From: a virus
IMG/VR virus record: IMGVR_UViG_3300045988_106376
Coordinates: 1-20,129 of that record
Strand: one strand, 5' to 3'
Length of the DNA stretch: 20,129 nucleotides
The notes below the pieces were generated by a model. That model worked only from the letters and a program-made list of their open reading frames with translations, made no database searches and was not told the origin of the DNA. This document shows, one piece after another, positions 5,839 to 13,680 of this stretch (the stretch's first letter is position 1; every line of letters starts with the position of its first letter). The position numbers and the translations under genes are program-made.

Positions 5839-7188
5839 ATGTCAAAAACAACAGCAAAAGAAGTAACTAAAACGTTACAAAATAGCTTAGGTATGGACCA
5901 TGAACCAACTGGTCAAGAAGTCGCCAGTGCAATGTATGCAATGAGTTCAAGCAACTTTAGAAGTACAATTGGAGACCCTAACGAAACAAGTTCTTTAGAA
6001 TTTATGAACGGTTTGATAGAATATCCGGATACTTTAGGCGTTGAGTTTATGAATTTAGCGACACGTATCGGTAAAGTGATTGCACACCGAAATATTTTAA
6101 CAAATAAACTAGCACCATTTAAAATGGAAAATATGCCACTTGGTTATACTATGGAAGAGTATTTTGTTGAGTGCGCTAAGGAGCACGAATATAATCAAGC
6201 AGACGCGGAAAACACTTTATTTAAGCGTAGTTTACCAGATATTAAAACAGCTTTCTACGTAGTAAACAGAAAGTCATACTATCCAGCTACAATTAATGAT
6301 GATGATTTAAGAAAGTATTTTGTCACATGGGATGGTGTAAACAGTTTGATCGCTCGTATTGTTGATTCTATGTATAATGGTGACAACAAAGACGATTATA
6401 ACTATATGAAATCCGCTTTAGTTACTCACTACGAAAACGGACATATGAAGATCGTAAACACAAGCGCTGTTACAGATACGAATACAGCTAAAGAATTAGC
6501 TCGTAAAATTACAGAATACGTGTCATATTTGACTGAACCAACAAACGAATATAACGCTATGGCAGTCACAAAACAAAATGACTATGAAGATATTTACGTT
6601 ATTTTAAACGGTAAAACCAACAGCTACTTAAACATTGATTGGTTAGCTCAAACATTCCAATTAGAGTTTGCTCAATTTAAAACACATGTGTTAGTGTTAC
6701 CTACTTTACCAAGCACAGCGCAAGGAAATATTGAGGCAATTGTGTGTGATAGTGAAATCTATCGTGTATTTGACCAAAAGTATAGTGTAGGCGTTGCTTA
6801 CAATGCTAAAGGCTTATATTGGAATTACTTCTTACACCACTGGGAAGGTATCGCAACAAGTCGATTTGCAAACGCAATTGCTTTTGTTTCCGGAAATGTT
6901 GAGGAAAAAGTTACAGCGATTTATTCAAACCCGCAAGTTGTAGAAGTACGTAAAGGTGCGACTATCACAGTACCGTTTACAATTCAAACTAACGGTTTAA
7001 ATGCTAAGTATAGTTTAGCTGCTACATCTAGCGTTGAGGATAAAGTTAAAGCTACAATCGAAAGTGATTTGAAACACGTTAAGATTGAAGGTTTAGACGC
7101 TATTGACGCGGAAGGTTTAGCAACTGTAACAATTAAAGATACAGTTTCTAGTGTAACTTGTGATGTTAAGGTTGTATATAACGTATAG
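5839..7188 (+). CDS. Major capsid protein with C-terminal Ig-like (Big_2-type) domain
   Basis: 449 aa, against about 448 aa for phi29 gp8, and it follows the scaffold gene. The C-terminal segment VTAIYSNPQVVEVRKGATITVPFTIQTNG...ATVTIKDTVSSVTCDVKVVY has the bacterial Ig-like pattern. RBS is AAAGAGGTGA. Confidence 0.85.
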   Translation: MSKTTAKEVTKTLQNSLGMDHEPTGQEVASAMYAMSSSNFRSTIGDPNETSSLEFMNGLIEYPDTLGVEFMNLATRIGKVIAHRNILTNKLAPFKMENMPLGYTMEEYFVECAKEHEYNQADAENTLFKRSLPDIKTAFYVVNRKSYYPATINDDDLRKYFVTWDGVNSLIARIVDSMYNGDNKDDYNYMKSALVTHYENGHMKIVNTSAVTDTNTAKELARKITEYVSYLTEPTNEYNAMAVTKQNDYEDIYVILNGKTNSYLNIDWLAQTFQLEFAQFKTHVLVLPTLPSTAQGNIEAIVCDSEIYRVFDQKYSVGVAYNAKGLYWNYFLHHWEGIATSRFANAIAFVSGNVEEKVTAIYSNPQVVEVRKGATITVPFTIQTNGLNAKYSLAATSSVEDKVKATIESDLKHVKIEGLDAIDAEGLATVTIKDTVSSVTCDVKVVYNV

Positions 7189-7203
7189 TCATGTTATAAT
7201 ATC

Positions 7204-7228
7204 GGTGTCATGAGTAGGACATGACACC
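7204..7228 (+). other. GC-rich perfect hairpin after the capsid gene (9-bp stem, 7-nt loop)
   Basis: ggtgtcatg (7204-7212) pairs with catgacacc (7220-7228). No clean T-run follows, so its role (mRNA 3' stabiliser or terminator) is unclear. Confidence 0.5.
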
Positions 7229-7264
7229 CCTCCTTTCTATTATTTAGGTGAATTGCAAGTTATG

Positions 7265-7300
7265 AAAAAGAGTTATTAATTTAACTCTTTTTCTTTTATT
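7265..7300 (+). terminator. Rho-independent terminator after the capsid gene
   Basis: aaaaagagtta (7265-7275) pairs with taactcttttt (7282-7292), loop ttaatt, followed by cttttatt. Confidence 0.8.
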
Positions 7301-7343
7301 TTTATTTAGTTTGTATTACTATGTATTTGAAGGTGGTGAGATC

Positions 7344-8168
7344 ATGTTAAGAAAAACTAAAAAGAAACAATCAGCAAGTCAAACAATTAAAGAACAATTT
7401 GAGAAAAACCAAGAAATCAAAATAGATATTGATAATTTTTTACCTAAGTTTGACGAGGTAAAGTTAAGCGGTAAAAATTTAGCTCAAAACTATGTGAGTG
7501 AATTTAATACGGGTATGAATATTTACCAATGTTTAAATTACTTACAAGGTCATATTGGGTGGCTTGTAAAAGCTGTGAATGATGTCGTTAAAAAATGGAA
7601 TAAAAATATTGAGGAAATGATTAAATATTGTATTGAGCTGTCTAAAAGTGAATTCGATAAACACTGGGCGGAGTTAAAACCTCAAGTTATTGAATTGACA
7701 AAACAGACAACGATCAATCAATTCAATGAAAAATGGGAAGAATTAAGACCTCAAGTGATTGAATTAACGAAACAAACAACAATCAATCAATTCAACGAAT
7801 CATGGGAAGAATTAAGACCTCAAGTGATTGAGTTAACGAAACAAACAACAATCAGTCAATTCAATCAATCATGGGAAGAATTAAAACCGGAGTTAACGCA
7901 ATATGTGAATAACACGATCAATCAATATATTGATAATCAAGATTCTAAAATCGGTAAAATGTACGACGATTTATCTATCTTGTTAACGAACTTAAAGAAC
8001 AGTGGAGCTTGGACACAAACGGGTGATACAATTTTTGACGGTCATATGACAGACGGTAGAAACATTGCCACAGGTAATATCAATATTTTTGGTGGAAGTG
8101 TTGACGGCGGTTCATACATCCGTACAAATAACGGTTCTAGTGAAAATGATTTGGCTGGTGGTGTATAA
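7344..8168 (+). CDS. Fibre protein (274 aa) with an N-terminal domain shared with the large appendage protein and four 23-aa W/P repeats
   Basis: ATG 7344 has GAAGGTGGTGAG upstream; the ORF-track TTG 7311 has no RBS. The N-terminal NFLPKFDEVKLSGKNLAQNYVSEFNTGMNIYQCLNYLQG is paralogous to residues of the 961-aa protein. The position after the capsid gene matches the phi29 head fibre gene 8.5. Whether this is a head fibre or a tail fibre is not decidable here. Confidence 0.7.
   Translation: MLRKTKKKQSASQTIKEQFEKNQEIKIDIDNFLPKFDEVKLSGKNLAQNYVSEFNTGMNIYQCLNYLQGHIGWLVKAVNDVVKKWNKNIEEMIKYCIELSKSEFDKHWAELKPQVIELTKQTTINQFNEKWEELRPQVIELTKQTTINQFNESWEELRPQVIELTKQTTISQFNQSWEELKPELTQYVNNTINQYIDNQDSKIGKMYDDLSILLTNLKNSGAWTQTGDTIFDGHMTDGRNIATGNINIFGGSVDGGSYIRTNNGSSENDLAGGV
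7653..7928 (+). repeat. Four in-frame 69-bp (23-aa) repeats in the short fibre gene
   Basis: FDKHWAELKPQVIELTKQTTINQ / FNEKWEELRPQVIELTKQTTINQ / FNESWEELRPQVIELTKQTTISQ / FNQSWEELKPELTQYVNNTINQY. Confidence 0.9.
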
Positions 8169-8887
8169 TGGCATGGCAGTATTTCTATGGCGCATATGAC
8201 AACACCGGACCCTATGCGAATGTTGTTTTAGGTGGCTCACCGGACAACACCGGACCGTTTGGAGCACCGTTAGCAGCCGCACACGCGTCCGGATATGGTA
8301 AAGGTATTAACTTTACAGATAATGGAAATTATGGTGTAACTTTTATTTTAGATTTAGTCGGTTATTCAATTACAGACGCTCAGCAATATGTTGCGAATGG
8401 TTATTATGTTGGTGATACATCTGTTAAATATAATTATTTTATTATTGTATCTAAGTCAACAGACAATCAAGGTTCATGGACAGAATTATTAAGAGAAAAA
8501 ATATTTACACATACGGGTCAAATGCCTTTAAATTATAGACAAGGCTGGGATGGAACAGCGCGAGCAAGTCAATGGAGTAAATTTATTCAATTATCAAATG
8601 ATACAACACATGTTAAAATTGAGTTACAAGGAGAAGATGCAACATTCCCACACTCAAATATTTACAGTATTCAACAGGTCATACCGGATTTTAGACCTTG
8701 GGGTATTCGTAAAGGCGGTGTGTTAAAATCATTAAATAAAGATAGTGGATTTTTAAAGATACGAAAATCGAACTCATGGAAGGACATTCCAAAATATAGT
8801 TATGATAAAGCCGGAAAAGAAAACCAAGGTACGAGTCGAATCTGTAAAAATGGAAAATGGTTAGGTCAAGGAAAAATAGGAAATTAG
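8168..8887 (+). CDS. Hypothetical structural protein, 239 aa, translationally coupled to the short fibre
   Basis: Its ATG shares one base with the upstream TAA (TAATG at 8166-8170). It has a Gly/Asn/Tyr-rich beta-type composition and a basic C-terminus. I recognise no family. Confidence 0.6.
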   Translation: MAWQYFYGAYDNTGPYANVVLGGSPDNTGPFGAPLAAAHASGYGKGINFTDNGNYGVTFILDLVGYSITDAQQYVANGYYVGDTSVKYNYFIIVSKSTDNQGSWTELLREKIFTHTGQMPLNYRQGWDGTARASQWSKFIQLSNDTTHVKIELQGEDATFPHSNIYSIQQVIPDFRPWGIRKGGVLKSLNKDSGFLKIRKSNSWKDIPKYSYDKAGKENQGTSRICKNGKWLGQGKIGN

Positions 8888-8916
8888 AAAATAGTTGAAC
8901 ATTCAACTATTTTTTT
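8888..8916 (+). terminator. Rho-independent terminator (28 nt identical to the one at 13623-13650)
   Basis: aaaatagttgaacattcaactatttttt: the stem is atagttg/caactat with flanking A and T runs. Confidence 0.75.
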
Positions 8917-8946
8917 ATATTATAGAAAATGAAAGAGGTGATTAAA

Positions 8947-9282
8947 ATGAAAATTATTTTAGTGGCATTAGTATTTAATGGTTTGGATTTAGTGACAGGT
9001 ATCGTTGGAGCTTTACGAGAAGGTGAGCAAATCAAGTCAAACAAGCTTAGAGACGGACTTTTTAAAAAGGTTGGTTTTATCTTTTGTTACACTTTAGGTG
9101 TTGCGATTAACTATGCGGAAAGTTATTTAACTTTGCCTTTTGGTGTTGATTTAATACCGGTGATTTGTACATATGCAATTATCACAGAGGTAGTTAGCAT
9201 TATCGAAAACATTTCTAAAATAAATAGTGACATCCTGCCGGATAAACTAAAAGCACTAATCGGATATAAAGAGGGTGAATAG
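8947..9282 (+). CDS. Holin (phage_holin_4_1-like, three TM segments)
   Basis: 111 aa. TM segments are IILVALVFNGLDLVTGIVGAL, VGFIFCYTLGVAINYA and LIPVICTYAIITEVVSII, with a charged C-terminus. GAAAGAGGTGA lies 5 nt upstream of ATG 8947. The ORF-track start 8929 sits inside the RBS region. Confidence 0.75.
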   Translation: MKIILVALVFNGLDLVTGIVGALREGEQIKSNKLRDGLFKKVGFIFCYTLGVAINYAESYLTLPFGVDLIPVICTYAIITEVVSIIENISKINSDILPDKLKALIGYKEGE

Positions 9283-9283
9283 T

Positions 9284-12169
9284 ATGAATTTTGATGAAAT
9301 AAAACAAAATATTTTAAATTCAAGTGAAACATCTACGAGCGAAAGCGAAAGTATTTCCGGTTCAGAGTTACATGAAGAATTTGAGATCAATAACTTTTTA
9401 CCGGAATTCGAGCCTTTAAAGTTAAGTGGTAAAAATTTAGCTCAGCAATACGTGAGTGCATTTAATACGGGTATGAATGTATACCAATGTTTAAACTATT
9501 TACAAGGATACGTTTATACACTCGTAACGGCTATGAATGAAACAATTGAGGCATGGAATACGGTAGTACCATTATTAGAGCAAGCTACAAAAGAATGGAC
9601 AGATGAGGAATTTGATTATAAATGGTCAATCTTAAAACCTCAAGTTATTGAGCTTGTAACAAATTTAACAATTGAAACATTCAATAATGCATGGGAAAAA
9701 TTAAGACCGGTTGTTATTAAGCTGGCACAGGATACAACAGACGTCGAATTTAAAAAACAATGGGATATTTTAAAACCGCAAGTTATTACACTCGTCGAGG
9801 AAACAACAACAAATAAATTCAATGAGGAATGGGAAAAATTAAGACCTACAATTATACAATTATCAACAGATACAACAATTGAACAATTTAATAGATCATG
9901 GGAAGAGTTAAGACCTCAAGTCATTGAATTATCACAAACTACAACAAGTAATAAATTTGATGAAAAATGGGAAGAGCTACGACCTCAATTAATTGAACTA
10001 GCACAAACTACAACAAGTAATAAATTTGATGAAAAATGGGAAGAATTACAACCAACATTAACAGAAACGGTTAACAATCTAGCTAAAACACAAACAACAA
10101 CGACATTCAATGAGAAATGGGAAGAATTAAAGCCTAAAGTTATTGAGTTAGCACAAACAACTACTAATACAAAGTTTGATGAAAAATGGGAAGAGCTACG
10201 ACCTCAATTAATTGAACTAGCACAAACTACAACAAGTAATAAATTTGATGAAAAATGGGAAGAATTACAACCAACATTAACAGAAACGGTTAACAATCTA
10301 GCTAAAACACAAACAACAACGACATTCAATGAGAAATGGGAAGAATTAAAGCCTAAAGTTATTGAGTTAGCACAAACAACTACTAATACAAAGTTTGATG
10401 AAAAATGGGAAGAGCTACGACCTCAATTAATTGAACTAGCACAAACTACAACAAGTAATAAATTTGATGAAAAATGGGAAGAATTACAACCAACATTAAC
10501 AGAAACGGTTAACAATCTAGCTAAAACACAAACAACAACGACATTCAATGAGAAATGGGAAGAGTTAAGACCTCAAGTTACTGAATTAGCACAAAATACA
10601 ACAAGCACAAAGTTTGATGAGAAATGGTCCGAATTACAACCAACATTAACAGAAACGGTTACTGATTTAGTTAACACAAATTTAAATACATTTAAAAGTA
10701 CATTATGGCAAGAAGTTACAAAAAATAATGATTTTCCTTTCTTATTACCCGAAAATTTTGGTGCTGTTGGTGATGGTGTAACGAATGATAGCAACGCATT
10801 TAATACATGTTTTGCAAAAGCAAACGCAAATCATAAATATATTTTATTAAGCAATAAAACATATTTAATTAGTAATACTTTAACGAATATCAAAGACACA
10901 AATATAATAGGTATTAATGCTACGATTATATTAGGTGACAACACGTTTACAAAACAAATAAATAATTGTGTGTTTAGTAATATCACAATTAAGCGTACTG
11001 TAGGAAGTGATTTACCACTAACTGAAAACTTTTTTTCATCTCAATTTAAGTATTGTAATTTTGTTGATATTAAGTATTTATTTAATCATATTTCACATAG
11101 AATTAATACGGTAGAACATTTATTATTAGATGAATGTAATTTACAAAATACACAACTTATTAATGTCACTAATCAATTTAATGGTGTGGTTTATAGTATT
11201 AATAAAACATTATTTTATTATGATGATGACTATAAACAAAGAACTACAATTATTGCTGGATATATTGGTGGTAAGTTTATATTTAATAATTGCACTTTCT
11301 CAAAATTTGAGCCGGGTGGAACAATTGAATTATTTGGTTCTCTTGATAATTTTGAATTTAATAATTGTTATATCAGTCATTATGATAATGCAAACACCTT
11401 TATTCTACCGAATATAAGTACTGTGGAGAAACAACAAATAACATTTAATAATTGTGATATTTCAAACAATAATAAATATTTAGTTGATGTGGTTAGCACA
11501 AATAACACGGTGCTGCCAACTGTTAATATTAAATATTCAACATTAAAAGTGAATGCAATTTTTAACGCAAAAAATGAATGTAGTTTATGGCTTGAAAACA
11601 ATCAAATTGACACTAAGCCTATTATTAATGCTGGAGTGGGTAAAGTTAATATCGTTGAAATTCAACAAAAGTATAGTGACACAAGCGAAAATATTTTCCC
11701 TTGGACAACAGAGCCTACGCCAACCGTTGAAAATAATGTTTCACTTGTTAAACTTGGTCAAGATGGATATTATTATGTTTTGACAGAAAGCAAAGATAAA
11801 AATGTTAAAAAATTAGATTATTATTTTAAATATGATTTTGATTATTTACCAAACGCGCCTTATTATAGTAGTAACTTTACTGTTAAAGATTTAGACCTAG
11901 AAGGTTATACAGTTAAGAGATCATCATTAACTAATAACACATGTAAATTAAAAAACAAAAGTACAGGTAAATTAATAGATTATGTTTATTTAATGTTAGA
12001 TGATAATGTAACAGTCACAACATCAAAAGATGACCCGCAACTTGTATTTACTTTAATAGCAGCGAAATATTTACCATATTTCGCTAAACTTAAAACAGAT
12101 ACACCTGTTGAAGGGCATTTGTATGTTGACGCATGTATTTCAATTATTTTAGAAAAAACTAGCTCATAA
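9284..12169 (+). CDS. Pre-neck appendage or tailspike-like protein (961 aa): shared N-terminal anchor, about 15 W/P repeats, C-terminal pectate-lyase-type beta-helix
   Basis: ATG 9284 has AAAGAGGGTGA upstream. NFGAVGDGVTNDSNAFNTCFAKA is the typical N-cap motif of Pectate_lyase_3-type beta-helix tailspikes, as in phi29 gp12. An Asn/Ile/Thr-rich periodic sequence follows it. Confidence 0.85.
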   Translation: MNFDEIKQNILNSSETSTSESESISGSELHEEFEINNFLPEFEPLKLSGKNLAQQYVSAFNTGMNVYQCLNYLQGYVYTLVTAMNETIEAWNTVVPLLEQATKEWTDEEFDYKWSILKPQVIELVTNLTIETFNNAWEKLRPVVIKLAQDTTDVEFKKQWDILKPQVITLVEETTTNKFNEEWEKLRPTIIQLSTDTTIEQFNRSWEELRPQVIELSQTTTSNKFDEKWEELRPQLIELAQTTTSNKFDEKWEELQPTLTETVNNLAKTQTTTTFNEKWEELKPKVIELAQTTTNTKFDEKWEELRPQLIELAQTTTSNKFDEKWEELQPTLTETVNNLAKTQTTTTFNEKWEELKPKVIELAQTTTNTKFDEKWEELRPQLIELAQTTTSNKFDEKWEELQPTLTETVNNLAKTQTTTTFNEKWEELRPQVTELAQNTTSTKFDEKWSELQPTLTETVTDLVNTNLNTFKSTLWQEVTKNNDFPFLLPENFGAVGDGVTNDSNAFNTCFAKANANHKYILLSNKTYLISNTLTNIKDTNIIGINATIILGDNTFTKQINNCVFSNITIKRTVGSDLPLTENFFSSQFKYCNFVDIKYLFNHISHRINTVEHLLLDECNLQNTQLINVTNQFNGVVYSINKTLFYYDDDYKQRTTIIAGYIGGKFIFNNCTFSKFEPGGTIELFGSLDNFEFNNCYISHYDNANTFILPNISTVEKQQITFNNCDISNNNKYLVDVVSTNNTVLPTVNIKYSTLKVNAIFNAKNECSLWLENNQIDTKPIINAGVGKVNIVEIQQKYSDTSENIFPWTTEPTPTVENNVSLVKLGQDGYYYVLTESKDKNVKKLDYYFKYDFDYLPNAPYYSSNFTVKDLDLEGYTVKRSSLTNNTCKLKNKSTGKLIDYVYLMLDDNVTVTTSKDDPQLVFTLIAAKYLPYFAKLKTDTPVEGHLYVDACISIILEKTSS
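9611..10690 (+). repeat. Array of about 15 degenerate in-frame 23-aa (some 27-aa) repeats forming the appendage shaft
   Basis: The consensus is F(D/N)EKWEEL(R/K)PQ(V/L)IELAQTTT(S/N)xK. Every third unit is a 27-aa variant, FDEKWEELQPTLTETVNNLAKTQTTTT. Confidence 0.9.
9956..10563 (+). repeat. Perfect 219-bp tandem repeat, about 2.8 copies (higher-order unit of 23+27+23 aa)
   Basis: Units start at 9956, 10175 and 10394. I compared the copies base by base and found no mismatch until 10564. Confidence 0.9.
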
Positions 12170-12186
12170 GCTAGTTTTATTTTATT
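12155..12186 (+). terminator. Rho-independent terminator overlapping the appendage stop codon
   Basis: aaaactagct (12155-12164) pairs with agctagtttt (12169-12178), loop cata, followed by a T-rich tail. Confidence 0.75.
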
Positions 12187-12206
12187 ATATAAATGAGGTG
12201 GTAAAT

Positions 12207-12422
12207 ATGAATAAAAAAGAATGTGAATTATCAAGTATCTATAAAATGAAGAAACCGGAAGATATTCCCTATAATTTACCGGAAGGTTTAAGCGTTTATT
12301 TTTATATCGAGTTTTATATGCAAGCTATGCACATATTAAAAGATGTGGATTATGAACGATATAATATTTGTAAAGAGAAACTACACGAATTAACAATATT
12401 AGAGGAGGAATTAAATTTATGA
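12207..12422 (+). CDS. Hypothetical protein, 71 aa
   Basis: ATG 12207 has GAGGTGG 5 nt upstream. It ends in an ATGA overlap with the tail hydrolase gene. No motif recognised. Confidence 0.55.
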   Translation: MNKKECELSSIYKMKKPEDIPYNLPEGLSVYFYIEFYMQAMHILKDVDYERYNICKEKLHELTILEEELNL

Positions 12423-13624
12423 AACCAGGTCAAAAGTTAGTCCATGATGGGCATGAAGTTTGTTTATTTCCTATGGAAACCATGAATATTACACAATGGT
12501 CAAGTCCTACAGCTGATTCACATTGTTGTGGACACCCTTTTGATAACGCAATTAATGGACAGGTCCGTGTACCTGTATACGCCCCCTTTAGTTGTCATTT
12601 ATGCTATAGTGATAATCAAGGTAACACGCGCGCCTACAGTTCAGATAATCCCGTGTTAACACCAAACGGATTAAGCTATGTAACTGTGAGTTTTACACAT
12701 GACCCAGACCCACCAACCGCAACACAATATAAACAAGGTGATCTAATTTATCATACGGGTACGGCTGGTATGGCGACCGGTGACCACTGTCATATCGACC
12801 AAACGTTTACACAAAACGCTGGGCTTGTTTATTATGGTGTAACATGTAGGTATGGAAATCAATGTTACGCGTTAAGTGGTTCAGAATTACCGAATAATGT
12901 TTTTTATGTAAATGATACAAATATCGTGAATGGATATGGTCAAGCGTGGAAAACATTTGAAGGTGGACAACCTCCAATCCCACCCGAACCAAGCTATAAA
13001 TATACTAAACATTATTTCATGTTAGATGGTTTAGGTATTGATTTTGGTTTTTATAAAACAAAAGAAGAAATCAAACCCGAACCGCCAACGCCAACAAGTA
13101 AGTGGTTTATTCCCGGTGATATTAATAACACAAGACCACTTACAGAAGATGAATCGCGACAAAATTGGATCGCATTTTGGCAGTTTTTTAAAGCGAAAGG
13201 TTGGACAGCAAACGCGGTTGCTGGCATATTAGGCAACTCTTATTTTGAAAGTACAGTCAACCCGAACCGATGGGAGGATGATATTCCCTTTGCACAACCG
13301 GTAGCAAGTCGTGGATACGGGTTAGTTCAATGGACACCTTGGACGAAAATAATTAACTGGCTAAAAGAAAAAGGATATTACCCGGATGTTTCTAAGTTTG
13401 GTCAAGGTGAGTGTGAACGTATTCAATGGGAAATGGAAAATAATCAACAATGGATTGCTACAGCAACCTACCCCGAAAGTTTCGCAAGCTTTTCAAAATC
13501 GACAGCCGACCCGTACACACTAGCGATTGAATTTTTAGCCAACTATGAAAGACCAGCCGACCCGAACCAACCACAACGTGGCACTAAGGCACGTGAAATA
13601 TATGATTATATCAAAGACAAATAA
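12419..13624 (+). CDS. Tail-associated bifunctional peptidoglycan hydrolase: N-terminal M23/LytM-like peptidase plus C-terminal phage tail lysozyme-like domain
   Basis: GTAGMATGDHCHID matches the M23 G-x-TG-x-STG-x-H-x-H signature. Proline-rich linkers are QPPIPPEPS and KPEPPTPTS. The C-terminal AVAGILGNSYFESTVNPNRWE...GYGLVQWTPW resembles the phage tail lysozyme family. It is the functional equivalent of phi29 gp13. Confidence 0.8.
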   Translation: MKPGQKLVHDGHEVCLFPMETMNITQWSSPTADSHCCGHPFDNAINGQVRVPVYAPFSCHLCYSDNQGNTRAYSSDNPVLTPNGLSYVTVSFTHDPDPPTATQYKQGDLIYHTGTAGMATGDHCHIDQTFTQNAGLVYYGVTCRYGNQCYALSGSELPNNVFYVNDTNIVNGYGQAWKTFEGGQPPIPPEPSYKYTKHYFMLDGLGIDFGFYKTKEEIKPEPPTPTSKWFIPGDINNTRPLTEDESRQNWIAFWQFFKAKGWTANAVAGILGNSYFESTVNPNRWEDDIPFAQPVASRGYGLVQWTPWTKIINWLKEKGYYPDVSKFGQGECERIQWEMENNQQWIATATYPESFASFSKSTADPYTLAIEFLANYERPADPNQPQRGTKAREIYDYIKDK

Positions 13625-13650
13625 AATAGTTGAACATTCAACTATTTTTT
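13623..13650 (+). terminator. Rho-independent terminator, identical copy of 8888-8915
   Basis: aaaatagttgaacattcaactatttttt. Confidence 0.75.
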
Positions 13651-13680
13651 AATAAGATAAAATAAAAGGAGATGATTAAG

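Noticed and set aside
7262-7279. Mini-ORF MKKSY in the post-capsid gap
   Set aside because: It lies within the 5' arm and loop of the terminator hairpin and has no RBS.
8691-9332. Minus-strand ORFs 8691-8906 and 9123-9332 overlapping the 239-aa protein and holin genes
   Set aside because: They are antisense to well-supported + strand genes and cross a + strand terminator. There is no RBS.
9956-10563. Regularly spaced identical repeats, considered as a CRISPR array
   Set aside because: The repeats are contiguous with no unique spacers, are 219 bp long, and are in frame within a protein-coding gene.
9640-12234. Alternative-frame and antisense ORFs within the appendage gene (9640-9822, 10573-10794, 11130-11417, 11380-11601, 11553-11783, 11986-12234)
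   Set aside because: They are low-complexity Ile/Leu/Phe-rich translations of an Asn/Thr/Ile-rich gene, with no start-site signals. The main frame has clear domain signatures.
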